Part shown: piece by piece, positions 8,494 to 16,292 of the stretch | Numbering within the stretch: the first letter of the stretch is position 1 | Layout: every line of letters begins with the position of its first letter | Translations under genes and position numbers: made by a program | From: a virus | Lineage: Duplodnaviria > Caudoviricetes | Length of the DNA stretch: 55,640 nucleotides | Direction: 5' to 3' (one strand) | IMG/VR virus record: IMGVR_UViG_3300009082_000005 | Span: 1-55,640 of that record | Notes under the pieces: model-generated | What the model saw: the letters and a program-made list of their open reading frames with translations, nothing else | Databases searched by the model: none | Told to the model about the DNA's origin: nothing

Positions 8494-8802
8494 GTGGAGG
8501 ATAAAATAATGTTAGTTGAATTAATTGAAAAACTAGAACATGGACTACTTAAAGAAACAGAAAAAGAAGATTATACAACATTTAAAGAGTGCAATTGCAA
8601 GCTTATTAAAATAAAAGCAATGTCAAATCATTGGGCATTATTTTTTAAAAATAATAATTCATTTTTCAAACTGCCTATATACAGGCTACCTGAATTTGAC
8701 AACAAAGATTTTACGAGCTATAAGGTAAATAGCTATTATAATATAAAATTCAAAATTGAAAATGCTATAGTGGAAAATGTACTGAAGGAGAATGAAGAAT
8801 GA
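8494..8802 (+). CDS. Hypothetical protein
   Basis: GGAGG before ATG 8509. Confidence 0.6.
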   Translation: MEDKIMLVELIEKLEHGLLKETEKEDYTTFKECNCKLIKIKAMSNHWALFFKNNNSFFKLPIYRLPEFDNKDFTSYKVNSYYNIKFKIENAIVENVLKENEE

Positions 8803-8984
8803 TTATTCCTATTATTTTAATAACTATGAATATAATTGGTATTGCTTTATGTGTTGTCGCTTTAATATTATTTATATACCAACAAATAGATTTGCCAAAT
8901 CATTTTGATAATAAAATTAAAATTATACTTTTTAGCATACTTTTAATTTTAAATATATTATCAATTGTTAATTTTGTAATTTAA
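8799..8984 (+). CDS. Two-TM small membrane protein
   Basis: Two long hydrophobic segments; ATGA coupling. Confidence 0.6.
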   Translation: MIIPIILITMNIIGIALCVVALILFIYQQIDLPNHFDNKIKIILFSILLILNILSIVNFVI

Positions 8985-9072
8985 AAATAAAAAAAAGAGT
9001 AGGGCAACACCTACTCTGAAAAATTTATCCGACAGCCTTTTTAATAATTATAGCAGAAAGGGCTGATTATAT

Positions 9073-9594
9073 GTGAAAATTTTATATAACTATATTTCTA
9101 TAAAAACAGAAATATCGATAATTGAAAATAACATAGAATATTACGAAAAACTACTGAGACAGGAAGACTTATCGGAACTAGAATACTACAAACATGCCAC
9201 TTTTTTTGGAGTAAGAGACGTAAGTATTATATATTCAGAGGTAGAGAAACAAGTATTGAAAAGAGAAACAGCCCACAAAATGAATCATCAAATAATCAGA
9301 GAATTATTGGCAAGAGCAAAAACAAAATTGCTGGAAAGGAGAAATCAGGTTGATAATATTGATAAAGCAATTAATGCTCTTACCTTTGAAAATAAATATA
9401 TTGTAAAATGTAAATATTTTTATAAAATGACTTATAAAGATATTGCTGAAAACTATAGCAGAAAGTTTAAGATATATTTGACAGAACAAACACTAGCAAA
9501 AAGGGTAAAAGATTCTGTCAAAAAAATAAAATATAGGATTAATCCGATATATGATACAAGCATAATGAACATAAATTTTAATTATTTGAAATGA
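9073..9594 (+). CDS. RinA/ArpU-like transcriptional regulator
   Basis: IDKAINALTFENKYIVKCKYF..MTYKDIA, sigma-70 region 4-like C-terminus. Confidence 0.7.
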   Translation: MKILYNYISIKTEISIIENNIEYYEKLLRQEDLSELEYYKHATFFGVRDVSIIYSEVEKQVLKRETAHKMNHQIIRELLARAKTKLLERRNQVDNIDKAINALTFENKYIVKCKYFYKMTYKDIAENYSRKFKIYLTEQTLAKRVKDSVKKIKYRINPIYDTSIMNINFNYLK

Positions 9595-9607
9595 AAGGAT
9601 AATAAGT

Positions 9608-9823
9608 ATGTTTGGCAAAAGAAAATTTGAAATGTATTCAATGGCTACAAACAAAAATAAAGAAATTATTGATTGCCCAGAGTGCAAAGGCATTCTTTGG
9701 ATGAGTCATAATTCTAATATTATATCTTGTCATAATTGTTCATTTTCTACAACTCGCTCTAAACTATTAGAAATGAAACCAATTAAAGATAAAAGATGGT
9801 GGAACTATGAAAAAATTAATTGA
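9608..9823 (+). CDS. Zinc-ribbon protein
   Basis: CPEC...CHNC. Confidence 0.6.
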   Translation: MFGKRKFEMYSMATNKNKEIIDCPECKGILWMSHNSNIISCHNCSFSTTRSKLLEMKPIKDKRWWNYEKIN

Positions 9824-10040
9824 AAAAATTCTAATCAAGCTCGGTATTCTTGCAAATGAACAAGAAAATAAAATTTGTAATGATATTGATTTGCAATTAG
9901 AAAAAGAAAATAAATTAAATGGTTTCTGTGATGATTGCTATATATACAATAATTGTGGATGGTTTTGCAATATAGAAAAAGACGAGGACAACAATCCATC
10001 AGAACCATGTTTTTCGAAAGAAATAGAAAGGATAAATTAA
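9807..10040 (+). CDS. Cys-rich hypothetical protein
   Basis: CDDC..C...C pattern. Confidence 0.55.
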   Translation: MKKLIEKILIKLGILANEQENKICNDIDLQLEKENKLNGFCDDCYIYNNCGWFCNIEKDEDNNPSEPCFSKEIERIN

Positions 10041-10042
10041 AA

Positions 10043-10639
10043 ATGAGTGAATATACTGGAACTTATATAAACGATGATGGAAATCACTACTGTCCAAAAT
10101 GTAAAAATATAATTTTGTTGCCAAATGCTGCAACACCTTTATGTAATACATGTTTTAAAGGACAGTATCGAGAACCATTTAAAAACGAAGATGAATCAAA
10201 AATGCCATTTAGTCATATTGAAATGGTACATGCTTGTCCAAAATGTGGACTTGCTAATTTTGAGCCATTATCAAATACTGATTTATGCAGAGATTGTTAT
10301 AAAAAACAGTTTAAAGATGAAGTTTTTAATAGAACAGAAAATACAATTATACCTGGTGAAACATTTATAAATGGCAAAACTTATTCTAATCAAGATTTAT
10401 TTGAATTAGGTGTTATTCAAATAAATAAAGCATATGAAATTGATAATTTTACTTTTGATACATTGAATACAAAAACTGTAGAAGGTAAATTATTATTATC
10501 AGCCTTAAGTATCTTTACAACAACAGAATTTAATTTTAAAAATAATAAAATAAATGGTAGCAAAAAACACCCAGAAGATATTTGCAAAATGTTAAAAGAA
10601 TTGGCAAAAGATATATTTATAAATACAGAGGTGAAATAA
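10043..10639 (+). CDS. Double zinc-ribbon protein
   Basis: CPKC..LCNTC and CPKC..LCRDC; start reassigned to ATG 10043. Confidence 0.65.
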   Translation: MSEYTGTYINDDGNHYCPKCKNIILLPNAATPLCNTCFKGQYREPFKNEDESKMPFSHIEMVHACPKCGLANFEPLSNTDLCRDCYKKQFKDEVFNRTENTIIPGETFINGKTYSNQDLFELGVIQINKAYEIDNFTFDTLNTKTVEGKLLLSALSIFTTTEFNFKNNKINGSKKHPEDICKMLKELAKDIFINTEVK

Positions 10640-10900
10640 ATGAATATGCTAGACAACTTAAATTTACAGGAAAGAAGAATATATACATATATTCAAGAGA
10701 AAAATACAATAAAACAAATCGCAGGAAAATTAAACATTCCGCTGTATGAAGTAAAAGAAACACAGAAAATAATATATAAAAAATTAAATATACATGGAAG
10801 GCTTGATGTATTGAACGGAAGATTTAATACAATGGATCCTGCGAATTATAGCTTGAAAAATAGAAAAAGATTGGGAATGGTGAATAATGAATTATCTTGA
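10640..10900 (+). CDS. LuxR-type HTH protein
   Basis: LNLQERRI...IKQIAGKLNI...V......IYKKLNIHGR. Confidence 0.75.
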   Translation: MNMLDNLNLQERRIYTYIQEKNTIKQIAGKLNIPLYEVKETQKIIYKKLNIHGRLDVLNGRFNTMDPANYSLKNRKRLGMVNNELS

Positions 10901-11237
10901 TAAAAAAGAACCAACAACTTATGAAATAAAAAAAATAATACTAAAAGATGGCACAATTTTAGATATTGACAAAATTACTCATGTTGCTGTAATAAAAGAA
11001 AAAGAAACTAATAAAAACGAAGAAATATATTATGACTGGAAAATAACTTATGCTGCAAAAAACAAAAATGATTTACTTGCATTGTCAAATCAATGCAGTA
11101 TGTTAGCGCATGCATTTAAATTTATGAGACAATATGATATTGATTTTGATAAAGCATGTATTATGTATGATGAATTGATAGAAGAAGGTAGAAAGCTTTT
11201 GAAAAATAAAAAAGAAAGGTACTGGAGGTTAAAATGA
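10887..11237 (+). CDS. Hypothetical protein
   Basis: 116-aa ORF in operon. Confidence 0.6.
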   Translation: MNYLDKKEPTTYEIKKIILKDGTILDIDKITHVAVIKEKETNKNEEIYYDWKITYAAKNKNDLLALSNQCSMLAHAFKFMRQYDIDFDKACIMYDELIEEGRKLLKNKKERYWRLK

Positions 11238-11401
11238 ATTGGATAGGATTCACTATATTCTGGATAATAAATAATGTAGCTATAATTTTTGTAGTTAGAA
11301 AATATTATCTTAAAAAATATGAGGATTATTGGAAGCCTTACGAAAGCTTTAGAAAAGTAAAAAATAGGATGAATAAATTTTAATAATTTGGAGGAATTAA
11401 A

Positions 11402-11677
11402 TTGAGAGAAACAGCAATAAATTGGGATAATGAAAACAATGAAGTTATGATAAGTACATCGGAAACAAATATAAAAGAAAGACTTGATAAATTATGTAGT
11501 AAGTTTCCAAAACATTATAAATTTAAAGGTGAATCAGATGAATATAAAAATTATATATGTCTTGAAAAGAAATTAATAAAATTTTCAAAGCCAGTAATTT
11601 ATTCTGAAGAACAAAAAGAAAAATTAAGAACTCAAGCTAGAAAAAATTTTAATTTAAACGCCCGACAAACTCCTTGA
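11402..11677 (+). CDS. Conserved-looking phage protein
   Basis: GGAGG RBS, TTG start, 91 aa. Confidence 0.65.
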   Translation: MRETAINWDNENNEVMISTSETNIKERLDKLCSKFPKHYKFKGESDEYKNYICLEKKLIKFSKPVIYSEEQKEKLRTQARKNFNLNARQTP

Positions 11678-11748
11678 TAAAAAATGCTAGAATCGATTTA
11701 AATATTAAATACTTAAATTTATACTAGTAAAATTAAAATACAAAATAG

Positions 11749-11783
11749 AAAAAATATACCCAAGTTATAAGGGTATATTTTTT
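11749..11783. terminator. Bidirectional terminator
   Basis: AAAAATATACCC...GGGTATATTTTTT between convergent genes. Confidence 0.7.
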
Positions 11784-11800
11784 GTGTTCACAATAGTATA

Positions 11801-12262
11801 TTATAAAGACTTCAATCTTGTAACATCTTTTGGCAAATGTCCGTCCCATTCAGGGGCATTTGGAATTTCTTTTATATTTTCAAAGTGATCCCAATATTCC
11901 ATATGATAATGATAACTATATTGTCCTTCTGGAGTATTAATTCCAACTATAAAATAATTTTCAAACATTGTACCATCATAGTGTAATTTTGATTTCCAAG
12001 CCTTTAATATATTTTGCTCACATATCACAGAAAATAAAATCATTCTATGAAAATATAATTCATCAAAAGTATGATATCCATCAGAAACAGTTTCTATTTC
12101 TCTATTATTTATTATTTCTATACATTCTCTGTATGCTTGCATTTTAAATGTGAATTCTGCTTCTAATGATTGTCTTTTATTACCTGAATTTTTATCAAGT
12201 GTTTTTAATAAGTTTATTTTTTTAAGTTTTAGTTCTTCAATCTTATCAATTATTTTTTGCAT
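11801..12262 (-). CDS. Conserved phage protein with His-rich WDGH-type domain
   Basis: DGYHTFDELYFHR, WKSKLHYDG, GQYSYHY, PEWDGH motifs. Confidence 0.7.
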   Translation of the reverse strand: MQKIIDKIEELKLKKINLLKTLDKNSGNKRQSLEAEFTFKMQAYRECIEIINNREIETVSDGYHTFDELYFHRMILFSVICEQNILKAWKSKLHYDGTMFENYFIVGINTPEGQYSYHYHMEYWDHFENIKEIPNAPEWDGHLPKDVTRLKSL

Positions 12263-12788
12263 TTTTTAACCTCATTAAAAATAAAAACATTCCCGAACTT
12301 CCAACCAAAACAATACCAAAAATTATTAATATTGCTGTGTCTGTATCGCCTGTATCTGGCATTTCGTCAACATCAGAATTTTTTGGAGTCTCTGTAGGTG
12401 TTGCTGTAACTTCTGTAATTTCTGGTGTTATATCTCCAGTATTGACTGGCGTTGATGTAATAGTATCTGTATTTGTTGCTGTTGCTTCTGGTGTTGCTGT
12501 AGTTTCTGCTGTAGTTTCTGCTGTAGTTTCTGGATATTCTTCAACTTCCAGAACTTCTTCTCCTTCAAAATAAACTGATTCAAAATTAGTTGACACTAAT
12601 TTTTTGTACCCATCTAAGCCATTTACCCTAATGTCTAATTTCTGAACTCCAAGGCTATTTTTTAGCCCTTCAATCTTAGTTAATTTTACAACTGCCCCTG
12701 CTGGTGTTTCTGTTTCTGCAAATATAGCCATTGTTGCAATAATTATAAATGCAAATATTAAAAATATACTGATTGCTTTTTTAAACAT
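12246..12788 (-). CDS. Secreted protein with LPXTG-like cell-wall sorting signal
   Basis: N-terminal signal peptide (..AIFA|E), Thr/Pro/Glu-rich stalk, MPDTGD + TM + basic tail. Confidence 0.8.
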   Translation of the reverse strand: MFKKAISIFLIFAFIIIATMAIFAETETPAGAVVKLTKIEGLKNSLGVQKLDIRVNGLDGYKKLVSTNFESVYFEGEEVLEVEEYPETTAETTAETTATPEATATNTDTITSTPVNTGDITPEITEVTATPTETPKNSDVDEMPDTGDTDTAILIIFGIVLVGSSGMFLFLMRLKNAKNN

Positions 12789-12863
12789 TAATCATTCGCT
12801 CCTTTGTATTTTTATCAAAATTTTATCACATATATTTTATACAAATATTACAATTATATTACA

Positions 12864-12906
12864 TTACCATATTTATATTGCTTTTACCATATTTATATGG
12901 TAAAAT
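12864..12906 (+). promoter_or_regulatory. Promoter with palindromic operator
   Basis: TTGCTT (12878), 17 nt, TAAAAT (12901); inverted repeat TTTTACCATAT-TT-ATATGGTAAAA (12882-905); direct copy TTACCATATTTATAT at 12864. Confidence 0.75.
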
Positions 12907-12952
12907 ATATTTAGAGGTTGAGAGACCTACTAAATTTAAAGGAGATAATACA

Positions 12953-13318
12953 ATGACAAGATTAGATTATTCAAAAATTATTAACTGGAGAGGGACTGCA
13001 ACAAGAGAAATACAAATAGATGAGCTTCCAGAGTATGAAATAGGTCGAGTATTAAATCCTGGGTTATGTTGGACAGATGGTGGACAATTTAACGTTGAAA
13101 CAAGTGGAAAATATTCAGTAATATTTGTAATAGAAAATGATGTCGAAGGACATCAAGTTGATTATGATAATGAACAAGAATGTGAAGATTTGGGATGTGA
13201 AGATTGTTCTAGTGAAAAAGAAAGTTTAATTAACAAAGATTTTATAGTAACTGATTTTTGGGCTTGGGATGAAGAAACAAAATTTGCAAAAGTATTTTTG
13301 AAGGAAGTTAACTGTTAG
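12953..13318 (+). CDS. Small acidic hypothetical protein (121 aa)
   Basis: AAAGGAG RBS before ATG 12953; D/E-rich. Confidence 0.75.
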   Translation: MTRLDYSKIINWRGTATREIQIDELPEYEIGRVLNPGLCWTDGGQFNVETSGKYSVIFVIENDVEGHQVDYDNEQECEDLGCEDCSSEKESLINKDFIVTDFWAWDEETKFAKVFLKEVNC

Positions 13319-13384
13319 TGCTTATCTAGCAGGTAGGCACTATAGAGTTAATTACTCTAAATAAAATTATAAAGGGAGATTATT

Positions 13385-13918
13385 ATGAAAAAATTGTTTG
13401 ATTATAACATACAAATTGAAGGAGACAACAAAATATATATTCAAGGAGATTATACTCCTTGGTACAACAAAGATAATAATTGTTTATCAGGACAAAATTG
13501 TCCATTGCTTTACGAAAACTTAGAATTGATATCTATAGACCAAAATGGTTTGTGGTTAGAGACAATTGGGAAAGAAAAATTATTAGAGGATAAATATTGG
13601 TATATTACTGAAGTAGATTCAGTTGGTTGCAAGTTCAACCATATTGGATCATATACATTATGGGAAGAACTTGCCGATAGATTGTATATAACAGAGGAAG
13701 AAGAAAAAAATTTAAAAAATTTTTATGGTGAAAAACTTCCAAAGGGTTCAAAAAGCGAAAATATGATTTGTACAAGAGAAGAATTTATAAGAAATAAGTA
13801 TGAAACCAGTAGTAAAAATGGAATATGGGCAGATACAAAGGAAGAAGTCGAAATGTATTTATCAAAACTAAATAAAAATTTTTTGGAGGTAGAAAATAAT
13901 GAAAGAAATTTTAATTAA
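13385..13918 (+). CDS. Acidic hypothetical protein
   Basis: GGGAG RBS, 177 aa. Confidence 0.75.
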   Translation: MKKLFDYNIQIEGDNKIYIQGDYTPWYNKDNNCLSGQNCPLLYENLELISIDQNGLWLETIGKEKLLEDKYWYITEVDSVGCKFNHIGSYTLWEELADRLYITEEEEKNLKNFYGEKLPKGSKSENMICTREEFIRNKYETSSKNGIWADTKEEVEMYLSKLNKNFLEVENNERNFN

Positions 13919-14804
13919 TTTATCCAAATTAGAAAACTCTTCTGAAATGAAATTTGGAAAAGTAACAAATTTAAAACAAGTAGATTTATCACATAAAATG
14001 TGGGAATATACAAGCACAGAAGAATCATATTTTATGAAAATTATCTGTGAAGATATAGAAGATGTTGAAATAATAAAAATGTCCTTTTCTGGTAGAAAAG
14101 ATTATATATCTAATAATATAACAGTATATTACAACATAGATGATATTATAGAAAATGTTATTTATATATCAAAAAGATATAGAGATTTTGAAGCAGAAAA
14201 AGAAGAAGAACTGGAAGAATGGGCAAAAGTAACTATGATTGAAAAAGTAGCTACATTTGTATCTGACTTCATGAAAGCGACTGATATCAAATTTCATGAA
14301 ATAATAAGCAAAATTATGGACTTTTTAAATGAGAATCCAGAACTTTTTGAAAATTTAGAATTTAAAAATATTGAATTTAAAAAAATAACAGATCCAATAG
14401 AGTTTTCAAAAGAAATAATTTTAGAAGACCACTCGCGTTCGCATAGTTGGGCAGGAAGCGAAGGAACCGAGGAAACTGGATATTTATTATATTCATCAGA
14501 TTCAAAACTTGAATTTGGAATTGATTATGAAAACGAACATAGCAACAATGGTCAATCAGAAACGTCATCAGATGAATATGAAGAAGGGAATTTTAATATT
14601 GATAGAACTTATGTAATACTAAAAAAGAAAGAGGGATGGTTTCATTACAATAATAATGGAGATACAAGTAATGACTATGTAAAATATGAATGTATAGCAT
14701 ATGTTGGTGATGATGCTGTATATCAATTTGAGCATGAAGAAATTATAAAAAAATATGAAATAGACAAAAAAGTTTTGGAAAGGAATGTTTTAAATGAAAA
14801 CTAA
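13899..14804 (+). CDS. Acidic hypothetical protein
   Basis: GGAGG RBS, 301 aa, very Glu-rich. Confidence 0.75.
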   Translation: MKEILINLSKLENSSEMKFGKVTNLKQVDLSHKMWEYTSTEESYFMKIICEDIEDVEIIKMSFSGRKDYISNNITVYYNIDDIIENVIYISKRYRDFEAEKEEELEEWAKVTMIEKVATFVSDFMKATDIKFHEIISKIMDFLNENPELFENLEFKNIEFKKITDPIEFSKEIILEDHSRSHSWAGSEGTEETGYLLYSSDSKLEFGIDYENEHSNNGQSETSSDEYEEGNFNIDRTYVILKKKEGWFHYNNNGDTSNDYVKYECIAYVGDDAVYQFEHEEIIKKYEIDKKVLERNVLNEN

Positions 14805-14967
14805 AAAATCATATACACTATCTGATGAAACAATAAAACTAATGAAAGAAATAGAAGAAAAAACAATGCTATCAAAAGTAAAAATTATAGAAATTGCAGT
14901 TTTTGGACTTCATGAAATGATTACAAGGGAAGGATATGACTTGACAAAGTTAAAAATGAAAATTTAG
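14794..14967 (+). CDS. Ribbon-helix-helix regulator (57 aa, not in ORF track)
   Basis: MKTKKSYTLSDETIKLMKEIEEKTMLSKVKIIEIAV fits CopG/RHH pattern; last gene before AGCCGAAAGCTTTTT hairpin. Confidence 0.7.
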   Translation: MKTKKSYTLSDETIKLMKEIEEKTMLSKVKIIEIAVFGLHEMITREGYDLTKLKMKI

Positions 14968-15060
14968 CCGAAAGCTTTTTCTTTTATTGATTTATTCATA
15001 TTTATAATATAAAATAAGTATGAATAATAAAAATCATGTTTAGTATTAAGTGTTTCTACC

Positions 15061-15092
15061 AAAAAAAAAGAGCTTTTACAGGCTCTTTTTTA
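15061..15092. terminator. Bidirectional terminator
   Basis: AAAAAAGAGC-TTTTACAG-GCTCTTTTTT. Confidence 0.7.
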
Positions 15093-15584
15093 TATTATTG
15101 TATACTCATGTATTTTAAGCTTATTATCATAAAGAATATATCTTTCATTTCCATCCTTATCCTTTATTTCAATCCTTGCCTCTAATACCTCAATAGCTGA
15201 TTCTTTTATATCATCATCAATCAAAGAAAAGTCAAACTCTGGTGATGTTTCTCCGGGCAATACAGTTTCACTGCTGTCAATGTATTCTGTAGTATTATTA
15301 TCTTTAAAAATTACTTTAAATTCTATTTTAGTTATAGCATATTCAGAATTATTTTTATATATTCCAACAAGATTATTGGACCCATAAGATGTTTTCTTCA
15401 ATTCAAATTTTACTTCCAGATCGTTATAAATTTCTGGGGCTTTTTCTTTTTCCGTAACTTCTGTTTTTTCTGTTGTTGTTGTAGCATCTGTATTTTTCCC
15501 ATCATATTTTTCAACTTCTGGTCCATAATCACAGCCAGACAAAATGCAAACCATTATTATCATTACTAAAATTGTTTTTTTCAT
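15090..15584 (-). CDS. Lipoprotein
   Basis: MKKT + hydrophobic core + lipobox LSGC; Ig-like C-domain with VLPGETSPEF. Confidence 0.8.
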   Translation of the reverse strand: MKKTILVMIIMVCILSGCDYGPEVEKYDGKNTDATTTTEKTEVTEKEKAPEIYNDLEVKFELKKTSYGSNNLVGIYKNNSEYAITKIEFKVIFKDNNTTEYIDSSETVLPGETSPEFDFSLIDDDIKESAIEVLEARIEIKDKDGNERYILYDNKLKIHEYTII

Positions 15585-15692
15585 AGGGATCTCCTTTGTT
15601 TTATTTTTACTTAATTATATATACTTCAAATATTTCCTAATATTAAAAATTTATTAAATTAATTAAATTAAAAATACCTCATTGATTTTTTT

Positions 15693-16047
15693 CTTTACAT
15701 TTCACCATGGTCGTATTAATACGATAACAAACTTTATAAAGTTGAATTGGTAAGTCTCCTTTACATTTCACCATGGTCGTATTAATACTTTTAAAGATAT
15801 AAAAGAAAATTATTATATATACCTTTACATTTCACCATGGTCGTATTAATACTTTGATAACATGATTGCTTTCCTATTTGATTTTGCTTTACATTTCACC
15901 ATGGTCGTATTAATACCAAATATTATCATGAATACTATTAATATTTGTTATCCTTTACATTTCACCATGGTCGTATTAATACGAAACAAGTTGAATAATA
16001 AAATTTCTAATCTTGAGCTTTACATTTCACCATGGTCGTATTAATAC
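15693..16047 (-). CRISPR. CRISPR array: 6 identical 30-nt repeats, 5 spacers of 34-36 nt
   Basis: CTTTACATTTCACCATGGTCGTATTAATAC at 15693, 15759, 15823, 15887, 15953, 16018; minus-strand sense GTATTAATACGACCATGGTGAAATGTAAAG. Confidence 0.98.
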
Positions 16048-16150
16048 CCACTACAAAACATACTGTTTTCAAGTGCTATGAAGCAAAAAAAAGTAAAATT
16101 TATATGTCAATGTTCGATAATGTAAAAACCATAGTAGATCGACATATTTT
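16048..16150 (-). promoter_or_regulatory. CRISPR leader with inverted-repeat motif
   Basis: AT-rich; ATATGTCAAT (16102-11) / ATCGACATAT (16138-47) 9/10 inverted repeat. Confidence 0.6.
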
Positions 16151-16159
16151 ATTATGTAT

Positions 16160-16292
16160 ATATTTATTTTCGACCAATTATAGTGTAAATGTTCGACCTT
16201 TAGTCGAGCTGCTCACTACATAATTACGTAGCTGCTTGGCGAGTTCTAATATAGCCTCGCCTTTAGGACGGCAAATCGCCCCCGGCTATCCC
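16160..16292 (-). ncRNA. Candidate Cas12f tracrRNA
   Basis: Anti-repeat TTTACA-N7-TGGTCG on the minus strand (16171-16189) pairs with repeat TGTAAA and CGACCA; several GC-rich stems upstream. Confidence 0.7.

Noticed and set aside
12878-12952. N-terminal 25 codons of the 146-aa ORF
   Set aside because: They overlap the promoter and operator; the RBS points to ATG 12953
15789-15822. Self-targeting of this spacer to about 22490
   Set aside because: Only loose AT-rich similarity with gaps
15862-16223. Two plus-strand ORFs of 60 and 63 aa
   Set aside because: They are translations of CRISPR repeats, spacers and leader
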